Assembly: GCA_038087875.1 (NCBI GenBank)
Contig: CM075989.1
Location: 25,422,001 to 25,476,998 of the forward strand
DNA: 54,998 bases
Origin: Malacoraja senta
Lineage: Eukaryota
Direction: 5' to 3'
Shown here: positions 13,581-26,039 of the stretch, in pieces
Layout: every line of letters begins with the position of its first letter
How positions within the stretch are numbered: the first letter of the stretch is position 1
Translations under genes and position numbers: made by a program
The notes under the pieces: model-generated
What the model saw: the letters and a program-made list of their open reading frames with translations, nothing else
Told to the model about the DNA's origin: nothing
Databases searched by the model: none

Positions 13581-15191
13581 GCATGTGCGGACGTGGCACC
13601 GACGGATGAGAGGCCAAAGCAAAGAAGTCTAAGCCAAAGAACCGAATGGAAACGAGGCCGAAACGCCAATAAACCGAATGAGTACAAAGACGAAACGCCT
13701 ACTAACTGAAACGATGGGACGCCTAAATGCAAACTAACCGAAAGGGCGGGATGCCTAAAAGCCAACGAACTGAAAAGCTGCGTTGCCTAAAAGCAAACTT
13801 ACCGAATGGCCGCTCTGTCAAAACGCCACCTACCCGAAAGGCGGCGTCGCCTACACGCCAACGGACCGACTGCCGCTCAACAGAAAAGTCCAATAACGGA
13901 CATGACGTTGCCAGGGGGCAGGACCTCTCAGCGATTGGTCCAGACCCCCGCGTCCATCACATCACTGTGAAGGCATGAACATTGTCCCACACCTACGCTC
14001 CACCCAACCCACAGCCCGCGGAGGGTGGTCATGGGCGAGTGGGGGCTGTCCTGAGGGATGCGCACCTTCGGCCGCTATCAACTTGGTGCTTGGGTTCAGA
14101 TTGTTCAGTCACCTATGGCTTGTGTGGGAAAAGGACCCCCACGCTCCCATCACCCCTTCTCTCTCCCCTCTTCTCCCTCTCCCTTCTCTCTCTCCCTTCT
14201 CTCCCTCCCTTCTTTCTCTCCCCCAGAGAATGTGTTTGTCCCCCATGTTTTCAAAGCGATTTACTCTGCCCCGAGCCGTCTATCCCCACGGCCGGGATGA
14301 ATCACCCGGTGTGGGTGTCAGAGTCTGGGGGTCGGGGGGGGGGGGTGGAATCACCCTGGTGTGGGGGTGTGACTGTGGGACGCTCCCGCTGGTGGAGATG
14401 AAGGAGAGAGAGAAGGGGGAGAGAAGGGGAGTGAGAGAACAGAGAGAGAGGGGGGGGGAGAGAGGAGGGGAAGAGAGAGGAGGAGAAAGAGAAGGGGAGA
14501 GAGAGAAGGGAGGGAGAGAAGGGAGAGAGAGGGGGGAGGGAGAGAGAAGGGAGAGAGGGGGGAGAGGGAGAGAGAAGGGAGAGAGGGGGGAGAGGGAGGA
14601 GAGGAAGAGAGAGAGGAGGGGGAGAGAGGGGAGGAGGAGAGGGGAGAGGGGGAAGAGAGGAGGGGAAGAGAGGAGGAGAGGGAGAAGGGAAGAGAGAAGA
14701 GAGGGAGAGAAGGGTAGACGGAGGAGAGAGAGGAGGAGAGTGAGAAGGAGAGAGAAGAGGGGAGAGAGGAGGGGAGGGGAGAGAGAGGAGGAGAGAGAGA
14801 AGAGTGGAGAGAGGAGGAGGGAGATAAGAGGGGAGAGAGAGGACAAGAGAGAATGGGAAGAGAGGGAGAGAGAGAAGAGGGGAGAGAGAAGGGGGAGATG
14901 GGAGTGTGGGTGTCCTTTTCCCACACAAGCCATAGGTGACTGGGCAATCTGAACCCAGGCACCAAGTTGAAAGCGGCCGAAGGTGTGCATCCCTCGGGAC
15001 AGTCCCCACTCCCCCACGGCCACACTTCGCGGGCTGCGGGTCGGGTGGAGCGGAGGTGTGGGACAGTGATGTGATGAACGCGGGGGTCTGGACCAATGGC
15101 TGACAAGTCCCGCCCCCCGTCAACGTCATGTCCATTATTGGACTTTTCTGTTGAGCGGCAGGCGGTCCGTTGGCGCCATGTCCGGGTACCC
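13581..15191. mobile_element. Non-autonomous foldback-like DNA element with long inverted arms and 16-bp subterminal repeats
   Basis: About 13856-14220 is the reverse complement of about 14860-15175; both ends share CGGACRTGGCRCCRACGGA; the left arm has a 16/32-bp periodic array; no TSD recognised. Confidence 0.65.
14400..14900 (+). repeat. Polypurine (G/A) low-complexity tract
   Basis: About 500 bp almost exclusively G and A. Confidence 0.95.
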
Positions 15192-17665
15192 AATGGAGGA
15201 AAAGCAAGCGTCAATTACGTAGGCTCAGCCCACGTAATTGACGCTGCCTCGCTCTCCATCCACTTTAGCTAGCTTCAGCAGCGGCGGCGCAGCTCTGGAT
15301 TCCACCGCTGGCGGCGCTGACTTTCCAGCCGCGGGCGACGCTGACTGGTAGTTTGATTCATTGATTTGTTTCGGCAGATTCGGAGGCTCTGGGCTGCTGA
15401 GAGCTCCCAATTGAGCCCCACGCTGGAGTAATGTACTCTCGGCTCAGGTAGATCTACCCCAGGTGGAGGGGGGAGAGAGGGGTGGAGAGAGAGTAGAGGG
15501 GTGAGGGGGGAAGTAAGGGGTAGACGGGGAGGGGGGTGTGAGGGGGAATGGAGAATGGGGAGAGGCGGAGGTCCCTCACGGTCCCAGCGCAGTGCTCCCG
15601 CCCCTCCAGTCGCCGTGCTTCACGCACACAGCCCCTGCTCCACCCCCCTCTCTGCCAATACAGAGAGGGCCGAGCCGGGGTTTGCAGCAATGTTTACAAA
15701 CCTCGTCCTCAGCACACGCGTTCGCCCGGACCCCGGCATCCGCTTCTGCCGCCGGCCCGCTCCCTCCCTTCTCCTCTTCCCTTCCCTCCCTCCCCTCCCT
15801 TCTTCCCTCCCTCCCTTCTCTCCTTCCCTCCCGCCCTTTTCACCTTCCCTCCCTCCTTCCTCTGTACCAGAACCTATAATATGTAACTCCATCTCCCAAT
15901 CTCCATCTCTAGCCAATCTTTGATTTGCTTCACAAATTCCCCATTTTCACAATGCATGAGTCAGCATTGCATAATTAGATGTAAAAGTATATACCAGATA
16001 CAGTCAGAATCGTGGAGAAATATACCATGTAAACAAGCCATTCAGCCCGCATAGTTTGTGCAAACAATCAACTACCCACTTACAATTGTTCTACATTCAT
16101 CCCATTTATTGATTTTTGCTCCTTATAACTTCTCTCCATCAATTTTCCAAATCGTCGTCTCTGAACATTCCTCCTGATACCGTACACAATCAAACTATCC
16201 GACACAAAGATATAATCTCCACCTCTATAAGTATAACCTCTGGGCCTATCTGATAAGCAACTCACTATCCAAATGTACCATTTCAACCCAACTATCCAAT
16301 CACATTACACACACTCTTCCCACGCATACAATATCTAAACCCCTCCGACACTCCACACCTCTCGTACATTCCACTATCCACACCCCTCCCACATCACATC
16401 CCAACCTTCCCACTGCACATCCCCACTCTCCAAGCCACAGACGCCTCATTGTGCACACGCCACCATTTCCTTGTACATACGTACTCTACGATACAAAATC
16501 ATGAACACACTTTGACACCCAGACCTGAGCACAGTCCCCATTCAGCCAAGAAGTAGAACACTCTTTCCAAATTCCTTTCGTATACATCACTCAGCTCTTT
16601 GCACAAACCATAAACCCCTGCTTTTCCACACTTGCCCCAACAGTCCCTGATATTCACCCAACACACCAGCCACATAAAAAGCTCGCCATTGTTCATGGCA
16701 TAACTCAGCCTGCACCATCCACGCACAGACACCATCTCCATCAAACCACAAACTGCTACAATCTGTCTGCACACCCCTACTATTTAATTACATCACACAC
16801 ATATCACTATCAGATCCAGTTAATCACACTGATCATTGTCTGATCTCCGACCCACAACTCTATACTCCTCCTTATCCACACCCTGCTATCTTCTCACCCA
16901 CACTCATAAATGAGGGGAAGCTGCATTAGATAGGAAAGAGTGAGACAATTTAGAGACCAAAACAGCAGGCAGCATTATTTCTGAATGAATACTTTGCATC
17001 CATTTTCATGGAAGTTGCAGTGGCATGCCGGGCAAATGAAGTAATCGTGGTTATAAACTAGGAAGAATGTGAAGTGCATAGAACAATACAGCACATGAAC
17101 AGGCCAGTGACGTCCGGTGAGGTCAATGGCTGGTGAGGCACTGGACAGTATCAGTGGCCCGGCCTTCCCTATATTGATCACCGCGTCTCCCCGGGGAGAG
17201 AGAGGGGTGGAGCCGCGGCTGTGTGCGTGAAGCACGGCGACTGGAGGGGCAGGAGCGTTGCCCCGCAGGGCCGGCCTTAGGAGATGCGGGGCCCAATTGG
17301 GAAAAATTTTGGCAGGTTCAAGCTCTATAGAATCATAGAAATACAAATAAAGTCTATTATAGACTTTATATCTCTATGGTAGAATGGAAAGCAATCAAAA
17401 CGTGCGCTTAAAAAGTGCCTGTGAGTTAATGGACCACACAGATCCAAGCTACATTTTAATATAAAATTGCATACATATAAGCCTACAAGTAACAAACAAA
17501 ATCTGTAGATCACCTCTGAAAAGAACATAGTTACAATACCACCTGTTTTAGTGACTGAAATGAAAAAAAAGTGATTTAATTAACTAGATCCTGGCAAATC
17601 AATAACTATTGGCAAAAAAACAGTCCAGACATTAAATTTTAGGCTTCAGCCCCGTCCTACCCTTT

Positions 17666-17707
17666 TTTGTTTGTTTGTTTGTTTGTTTGTTTGTTTGTTT
17701 GTTTGTT

Positions 17708-17765
<58 letters not shown>

Positions 17766-17788
17766 CGTGCGCGTGCGCGTGCGCGTGC

Positions 17789-17836
<48 letters not shown>
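17666..17836 (+). repeat. Compound microsatellite (TTTG)n-(TG)n-(CGTGCG)n-(TG)n
   Basis: Directly visible; about 17713-17836 is uninterrupted purine-pyrimidine alternation. Confidence 0.97.
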
Positions 17837-17840
<4 letters not shown>

Positions 17841-17963
17841 GTCAAGAGTGAACAGCTCCTTCTGGGTGTCAACAGAAAGCATTTGCGGTTGCAGCATGGC
17901 CAGAGGCTGCCATCACTATAAACAGCAGAGTCACTTCAAAGAGGGAAACGTATCTTTTTCTAA

Positions 17964-18158
<195 letters not shown>

Positions 18159-18266
18159 TGAAAAGGGTGATGGGAAACTAAGTCGTTGCCCTTCAGAGCA
18201 ATTTACAGACGTTATCCAGGGGTCTTCCACTGGGAAATGGGAGAAACAGCAGAATCTAGAATAGCT

Positions 18267-20165
18267 TAGAAACATAGAAACAAATAAGAAAGGTGCAGGA
18301 GCAGGCCATTCGGCCCTTCGAGCCAGCACCGCCATTCATTGTGATCATGGCTGATCATCCACAATCAGTAACCCGTGCTTGCCTTCTCCACATATCCCTT
18401 GATTCCGCTAGCCCCTAGAGCTCTATCTAACTCTCTTTTAAATTCATCCAGTGAATTGGCCTCTACTGCCCTCTGTGGCAGAGAATTCTACAAATTCACA
18501 ACTCTCTGGGTCAAAAAGTTTTTTTCTCATCTCAGTTTTAAATGGCCTCCCCTTTATTCTTAGACTGTGGCCCTTGGTTCTGGACTGCACACAATACTCC
18601 ACATGTGGTCTCACCAGGGCCCTGTACAACTACAGAAGGACCTCTTTACTCCTATGCTCAAATCCTCTTGTTATGAAGGCCAACATGCCATTAGCTGTCT
18701 TCACTGCCTGCTGTTCCTGCATGTTTACTTTCAGTGACTGGTGTACAAGGACACCCAGGTCTCGTTGCACTACCCTTTTTCCTAATCTGACACCATTGAG
18801 AAAATAATCTGCCTCCTTGTTCTTGCCGCCAAAGCGGATAACCTCACATTTATCTACATTATACTGCATCTGCCATGCATCTGCCCACTCACTCAACCTG
18901 TCCAAGTCACCCTGCAACCTCCTAGCATCCTCTTTGCAGTTCACACTGCCACCCAGCTTTGTGTCATCTGCAAATTTGCTAGTGTTACTTTTAATCTCAT
19001 CATCTAAATCATTAATACATATTGTAAATAGTTGCGGCCCCAGCACCGAGCCTTGTGGCACTCCACTCGCCACTGCCTGCCATTCTGACAGGGACCTGTT
19101 TATTCCAATTTTCTATTCATATCAATACCCTATCCCCAATACCATGTGCTCTAACTTTGCCCAGTAATCTCCTGTGTGGGACCTTATCAAAGGCTTTCTG
19201 AAAGTCTAGATACACTACATCCACTGGCTCTCCTTCATTCATTTTACTTGTCACATCCTCAAAAAATTCCAGAAGATTAGTCAAGCAAGATTTCCCCTTT
19301 ATAAATCCATGCTGACTTGGACCAATCCTTTTACTGCTATCCAAATGCGCCGTTATTACTTATTTAATAATTGACTCCAGCATCTTCCCCACCACCGATA
19401 GGGAATATGCCCTTTTTCCCCATTTTCTCTCTCGCTCCTTTCTTGAAAAGTGAGATAACATTAGCTACCCTCTAATCCACAGAAACTGATCCTGAATCTA
19501 TAGAACATTGGAAAATGATCACCAATGCATCCACGATTTCTAGAGCCACTTCCTTGAGTACCCTGGGATGCAGACCATCAGGTCCTGGGATTTATCAGCC
19601 TTTCGTCCAATCAGTCTACCCAATACTATTTCTCGCTTAATGCAAATTTCTTTCAGTTCCTCTGTCTCCCTATATCCTCTGTCCTCTAGTACATCTGGGA
19701 GATTGTTTGTCTTCCTTAATGAAGACAGAACCAAAGTACCTGTTCAACTCTTCTGCCATTTCCTTGTTCCCCATAACCATTTCTGCCTTCAAGGGACTCA
19801 CATTTGTCTTTACTAATCTTTATCTCTTAACATACATAAAGAGGCTTTTACTATCCTTCTTTATATTCTTGGCCAGCATACCGTCGTACTGCATCTCTTC
19901 ACCCCTTATTGCCCTTTTTGTTACCTTCTGTTGTCTTTTGAAAGTTTCCCAATCCTCTGGCTTCCTGCTATTCTTTGCTATGTTATACACTTTTTCTTTT
20001 AGTTTTATTCCAACCCTAACTTCCCTTGTCAGCCACAATTGCCTCTTACTCCCCTTAGAATCTTTCTTTGGAATGAAATTATGCTGCATCTTCTGGATTA
20101 TGTCCAGAAATTCCTGCCATTGCTCTTCCACCGTCATTCCTGCTAAGATTCTTTTCCAGTCAATC
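18267..20165 (-). mobile_element. CR1 LINE, 5'-truncated with internal deletions
   Basis: QHGFIKGKSCLTNL, DFQKAFDKVP, GVPQGSVLGP, KFADD; sequence jumps near 18585 and 19115; (TTTCTATG) tail. Confidence 0.9.
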
Positions 20166-20251
20166 CTTTTCCAATCGAAGTAGATTTTTAAAAAATCTCC
20201 TGAGATATATATCTACCAAGATCTACTCAGCACTTTCACGGACCAAGCCTA

Positions 20252-20541
20252 GGGCGGCACGGTGGCGCAGCGATAGAGTTGCTGCCTTGCAGCACCAGTG
20301 ACCTGAGTTTGATCCCGACGGAGTTTGTACATTCTCCCCATGACCGCGTGGGCTTTCGCTGAGATCTTCGGTTTCTTCCCACACGCCAAAGACGTACTGA
20401 TTTGTAGAATAATTGGCTTGTTATAAGTGTAAATTGACCCTAGTGTTTGTAGGGCAGCGTTAATGTGCGGGGATCGCTGGTCGGCAGGGACTCGGTGGGC
20501 CGAAGGGCCTGTTTCCACGCTGTATCTCTAAACTAAACTAA
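20252..20541 (+). mobile_element. tRNA-derived SINE (HE1/V-SINE-like)
   Basis: GGCACGGTGGCGCAGCG A-box head, GAGTTTGTACATTCTCCCC..GGTTTC core, CR1-like tail GGGCCGAAGGGCCTGTTTCC and (CTAAA)n. Confidence 0.85.
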
Positions 20542-21384
20542 TATAATCCTTTCTACTTAAACTTACCCTGAATTAGAATATAGAATGGTACAGCACAGGA
20601 ACAGGCTTTTCAGCCCATCATGTCTATGCCCATCATTATGCCAATTTAAACTTATCCCATTGGCCTGCATGTCCCTCTTTTTTCTGCCTGTTCTTGTGTC
20701 TGTTCAAATGCATCTTCAATGTAAATATTGTATCAGTTTCGACTACCTCTGTAGAAATCATGCCTCAAAAATGTCTTTAAACTTTTTCCCTCTTACCTTA
20801 AGCCTTAAGTATTTGACAAATCTTTTATATATTGCCTTTTCAAATACATTGACTTCTCTGTTAACTTCTGACTTCTCCTTTCTGACAAAATTTCCCCTCT
20901 GTGTTTCATTTGCTTTGTTTTATTGTTTCATTTCCATTCACCACTGTAGGGACAGTTATTAAAAACTCACAATTAAATCTTTTAAAACTGGCATTGCGAT
21001 AGAATAAATATTTTACCAAAGGAAGAAACTATTGCCCAGTGATGACCCAAACCCTGTACTCACACAATTTAACACTTTTTGCACATTTTTTACTTACTTC
21101 CTTTTCAGAAGCTATACTAGATTCTGCTTTTTTCTCCTGTTTCTAGTTTTTTTAGTGTTCAAAATATATACAACTTTCTCTTTTAATGTCTCATGGTCTG
21201 AGAACATACTTGGTGGTGCTAATCTACTTAGTTTCAATATCTTCTTCATCTGCAAACTAACCTCAGTCCTTTGGCTCCAGGGATTCTGCAAAGTCTTTTA
21301 TTGTCATGAAAATAAAAACTGAAAATTAAAAATAAAAAAATAAAATTGTTCAACAGGTCAGCCAGCAGCTGTGGAAAGAGAAGT

Positions 21385-21683
21385 GGTCAGAAGAGCAGTT
21401 GGTAAAGCTGCTATTGGAGATCCGGGTTCAATCCTGATCCAGGATGCCAATAGTTCAGAGTTTCCACATTCTCCCAATGGTCGGTGATCCGGTTTCCTCC
21501 CACATCCCAAAGACTTATGGGTTTGTAGGTTAATTGACCGCTGTAAATTGCCCCCAGTGCGTAGGGAGTGGATGTGAAAGTGGATAACAGAATTAGTTTG
21601 AACGGGTGATCGATGGTCAGCGGCACTCAGTGGGGCAAAGGGCCTGTTTCCGTGCTGCATTTCGAAACTAAACTGGACTAAAC
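21385..21683 (+). mobile_element. Degenerate HE1/V-SINE-like SINE
   Basis: GGTTCAATCC B box, GGTTTCCTCCCACATCCC core, AACTAAACT tail. Confidence 0.75.
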
Positions 21684-22350
21684 CTGCATCTTAAGGGGCT
21701 ATGGAAGGAGCGTGGTCCTTGTACCCGACACTGCCACTGTATGAGTTGGTGAAGGAATGCTCGGAGAGAAGCAAAAGACTGTTAGCCAGAGGGTAGTGAA
21801 TCTGGAATTCATTGCTACAGATGGCGGTGGAGGCCAAGTCTTTGGGTATTTTTAAGTTGGAGATTAGTAAGGGTGTCAAAGGTATCCAGAAGAAGGCAGG
21901 AGAATGGAGTTGCAAAAGGAAAGATAGATCAGCCTTGATGGAATGATAGAGCGGACTCAATTGCCCAAATGGCTTAATTCCGCTCCTAAGATTTATGAAC
22001 TTACGAAAAGCTACTGCAAGCCCACTGGTGCGCAGCCAATACGTTGGATTGTTGGCTAGTTCAGCATCCATTGCCAGTCCTTGTCCATCATGTGTAATTG
22101 GCCAATATCACTGGCAGCTTTCTCTGCAGGTCCCTGTGCTGAAAATCAGCATGCATAGCTGGTGAATACTGCAGATTGGTATCAGAGATTCCCAATGGAG
22201 CTGCACTGGCTCTTGCTCAACCTCACACTGCCATTCAACGTGTAGAACTAGTTTTATTTAAAGATACAGCATGAATGCAGGTCCTTCACCTCACCTAATC
22301 CACACCGACCATCAATCACCCTTTCACACTAGTTCTATGTTATTCCACAT

Positions 22351-23124
22351 TAATAATAATAATAATAATAATACATTTTATTTATGGGCGCCTTTCAAAA
22401 GTCTCAAGGACACCTTACAGAATTTAACAAGTAAAGAACATATAATCGGAGTAAAATAAATTATAAAGACATCACCAATACACAAATTAAAGACAGAATT
22501 CGATCCAAAGACAAAAAATCAGAAACACAATGTGAAGAGAGAGCAGCGGCAGCTAAACCGCGCCAGCGTACACTCTCCCTTCCGACAGCCATCTTGGACA
22601 CAGACTAAAATAGTCACTTACACACAAAAATCAACCCCCAAAATGGTTACCACTGTGGGGGAAGGCACAATGTCCAGTCCCCATCCCCAGTTCTCCCAAA
22701 GTCAGGCCTATTGAGGCCTCCGCTATTACCTCTACGGAGGCCCGATGTTCCTGGCCGTTCTCGCCGGGTGCTGTTGCCCCGGCGTCGGGAGAGTCCTCTC
22801 AGCGGCTGGGCCACCTGGAACGGCCGCATTCCTTACCGGAGACCGCGGCTTCCAAAGCCGGCAAGGCCGCGCTGGTTTGGAGCTCCCAGGCTCCTGATGT
22901 TGAAGTCGGCGCCGCCCACTCCTCTCCGCAGACCCGCAGCCCGGAGGTGTTGAACTCGGCGGTCACAGCTCACCGGAGCTCCAGCGCGTCGATCCAGTGT
23001 GGCAACCCAGGCAAGGCATCGCCCGCTCCGCTCCGCGATAGCGCTCCAGCGCTGTGCCGCCACCGAAGCCGAGGTGCTGGGCGGTCCCCGCCAGGAAACG
23101 GCGCTCCACGCCCGCTGGTAGGCC
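22351..23124 (-). mobile_element. Non-coding element with L2-type tail, inserted into a minus-strand SINE (22255-22350 and 23125-23330)
   Basis: Minus strand GTAAGGTGTCCTTGAG..AAAGGCGCCCATAAATAAAATG(TAT)n tail; GC-rich body; the flanking SINE halves join up. Confidence 0.7.
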
Positions 23125-24171
23125 AATTTCTCATCCACTACACACTAGGGGCAGTTTACAGAGGCCAATTATCCTGCAAACCTGCACGTCTTTGGGATGT
23201 GGGAGGAAACCAGAGCATCCGGAGGAAACCCACGCACCCACAGGGAAAACCTACAAACTCCACACAGACAGCACCCGAGGTCAAGATCAAACCCGGGTCT
23301 CTGGTGCTGTGAGGCAGCGAATCTATCAGCTGTGTAACATCTCTGGAGAACATGGATAGGTGATATAGGGTGCCGACCTGAAACGTCACTTATCCTTGTT
23401 CTCCAGAGATGCTGCTTGACCCACTGTCTTTCTGTGTTAAGGTCTTATTTCTGCCACAAGGGAGCAAGCAGTAATGCGCCACCAGAGGGCAGCAGGGTGC
23501 TGTCACTGAGAGATGTTGAGAGCATTATTGAGAGCATCTATCTGCTCACAAATAATTCACTGCACCCCAGTCATGTGCACTGCACCCCCCGAGTTGTTCC
23601 CTGCACCCCACGAATAGTTCCCTGCACCCCATGAAAACTGCTCTCCTGTAGGTAGTTTTCTTGCACAGTGAGATGCCACAGGAACAGATGTATTGAAGTG
23701 CTTGCAAGGCAATTTTTAACAGTTAGTGGTTCTGTGCTGAGTTTTGGGGACAGACCAGAGCAACACAGTGGGCAATGTGTGCTTTTGGCCACTGGCTCCA
23801 TAGACCCAGGTTCAATCCTGGTTGCTGGTGCTGTCTGGAGGGAGTTTCTGTGTTCTCCCTGTGACCAAGTGTGTTTCCTCCAGGAACTTTGGTTTTATGC
23901 CCCATCACAAGGATGTGCTGGTTGTTAGATTAAATTACCCAAAGCATAGATGGCTAATTGGATTGTTAAATGCCATGCATGGGTGCTAGATGATAATTTC
24001 GGGAAGAGATTACTGTGAGAGCTGCCTAATAGACCTCCTTTTTTGTTGTCAAGAAATGTTTGAAACATGGACTCTGGACTCTGGGAAATGGAAAAGATGG
24101 CAGTGAAGTAGCAAATATAATTCAGTCAGATTTAGCAGTTATGGAAAAGAACAAAGATAGAACAAAGAAAA

Positions 24172-25253
24172 GAACAAAGAGTAGGAGTAAATGGGTCCTT
24201 TTCAGAATGGCAGGCAGTGACTAGTGGGGTACTGCAAGGCTCAGTGCTGGGACCCCAGCTATTTACAATATATATTAATGATTTGGACGAGGGAATTGAA
24301 TGCAACATCTCCAAGTTTGCAGATGACACGAAGCTGGGGGCAGTGTTAGCTGTGAGGAGGATGCTAGTAGGAGGCTGCAAGGTGACTTGGATAGGTTGGG
24401 TGAGTGGGCAAAAGCATGGCAGATGCAGTATAATGTGGATAATTGTGAGGTTATCCACTTTGGTGGCAAAAACAGGAAAGTAGACTATTATTTGAATGGT
24501 GGCCGATTAGGAAAAGCGGAGATGCAACGAGACCTGGGTGTCATGGTACACCAGTCATTGAAAGTAGGCATGCAGGTGCAACAGGCAGTGAAGAAAGCGA
24601 ATGGTATGTTAGCATTCATAGCAAAAGGATTTGAGTATAGGAGCAGGGAGGTTCTACTGCAGTTGTACAGGGCCTTGGTGAGATCACATCTGGAGTATTG
24701 CGTACAGTTTTGGTCTCCTAATCTGAGGAAAGACATTCTTGCCATAGAGGGAGTACAGAGAAGGTTCACCAGACTGTTTCCTGGGATGGCAGGACTTTCA
24801 TATGAAGAAAGACTGGATAGACTCGGCTTGTACTCGCTAGAATTTAGAAGATTGAGGGGGGATCTTATAGAAACTTACAAAATTCTAAGGGGTTGGACAG
24901 GCTAGATGCAGGAAGATTGTTCCCAATGTTGGGGAAGTCCAGAACAAGGGGTCACAGTTTGAGGATAAAGGGGAAGTCTTTTAGGACCGAGATGAGAAAA
25001 AAAAATTCACACAGAGAGTGGTGAATCTGTGGAATTCTCTGCCCCAGAGGGTGGTTGAGGCCAGTTCATTGGCTATATTTAAGAGGGAGTTAGATGTGGC
25101 CCTTGTGGCGAAAGGGATCAGGGGGTATGGAGAGAAGGCAGGTACAGGATACTGAGTTGGATGATCAGCCATGATCATATTGAATGGCGGTGCAGGCTCG
25201 AAGGGCTGAATGGCCTACTCCTGCACCTATTTTCTATGTTTCTATGTTTCTAT
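24172..25253 (+). mobile_element. Young 5'-truncated CR1
   Basis: RT C-terminal motifs; (TTTCTATG)n tail. Confidence 0.93.
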
Positions 25254-25370
25254 AGACAGGAATAAAAAGTTCTACATGGGAGAAAGGCTAATTTTATCCC
25301 TGGGGAAATATAAACTAAGGAAACAGCAGAGAGTGTGGGATTCTGAGTATCATTAATAGAGGGAGAGAGG

Positions 25371-25851
25371 TGTAGCAGCAGATTTTTATATCATTCAAGA
25401 GATTACTCCCTCTCGCCACTAAGTTGAACTACATGGTTAAGGAGAATGTCGTAATACGCATGTGAGCTCTCCGTGAGACTTTCAGAGCTTCTTCACAGAT
25501 AAATCTTCATAGACTTTTGATTAATAGTTTCTTTATTGTTGATGAAAAACAAAAAGGTATATCCAACCTAATACTCAGACTCGTACACTTTAATCTTCGT
25601 CAAACTCCAGCATATCGCTTAAACATTAGAAAACTCCTCGTGTCTCGGTTAAACATCACATGGTCGAAGAGTTAGCTTTCCCCATGCGAGTTCAAAACTA
25701 AACTAAAAACTAAGCTTCTGCGCAAGAAACCTAGCTCCAAACACGCCCTAGAATACGTCATAAATACCACCCACATAATAACGGGCAGTCTAAAATTTAA
25801 AGACACATGCCTTAATTAATGACACACAAAATAAGCCAAATGGCCACCACA
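25371..25851 (-). repeat. 3' LTR of the BEL/Pao element (481 bp)
   Basis: Its last ~100 bp match 29567-29665 with 4 substitutions and one 2-bp indel; AATAAA present on minus. Confidence 0.9.
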
Positions 25852-25947
25852 TACCGGCCCCTAATTGTTCCGAGTATATAATGAGGCAATTATTAATAAA
25901 CATCAAAAAAGTAGCCATGAAGGCTTAACATATATCAAAAGCAAAAA

Positions 25948-26013
25948 GTCGGGGCATTGAACCCCGGTCTCCCGCGTGACAGGCGGGAATACTAACCACT
26001 ATACTAACGAGAA
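25948..26013 (-). tRNA. tRNA-Asp(GTC)-derived unit lacking the 3' acceptor strand, followed by T5
   Basis: Minus strand TTCTCGTTAGTATAGTGGTTAGTATTCCCGCCTGTCACGCGGGAGACCGGGGTTCAATGCCCCGAC-TTTTT; about 5 differences from vertebrate tRNA-Asp nt 1-66 as recalled; A box, B box and anticodon GTC (25978-25980) intact; cannot form an acceptor stem. Confidence 0.9.
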
Positions 26014-26039
26014 AAATAGCATGCTGTATATATCAGCAA

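Noticed and set aside
13600..13870. CRISPR-like array
   Set aside because: Degenerate 16-bp tandem units with no unique spacers, in eukaryotic context.
13975..15214. Long ORFs rich in E/R/G or S/P/L (up to 325 aa)
   Set aside because: Artefacts of the stop-free G/A tract, open in several frames on both strands.
17266..17660. hAT-like MITE starting CAGGGCCGGCCTTAGG
   Set aside because: Only one terminus is recognisable; no matching end or TSD was found.
25948..26013. Functional translational tRNA-Asp gene
   Set aside because: The 3' acceptor strand is missing, so no acceptor stem can form.
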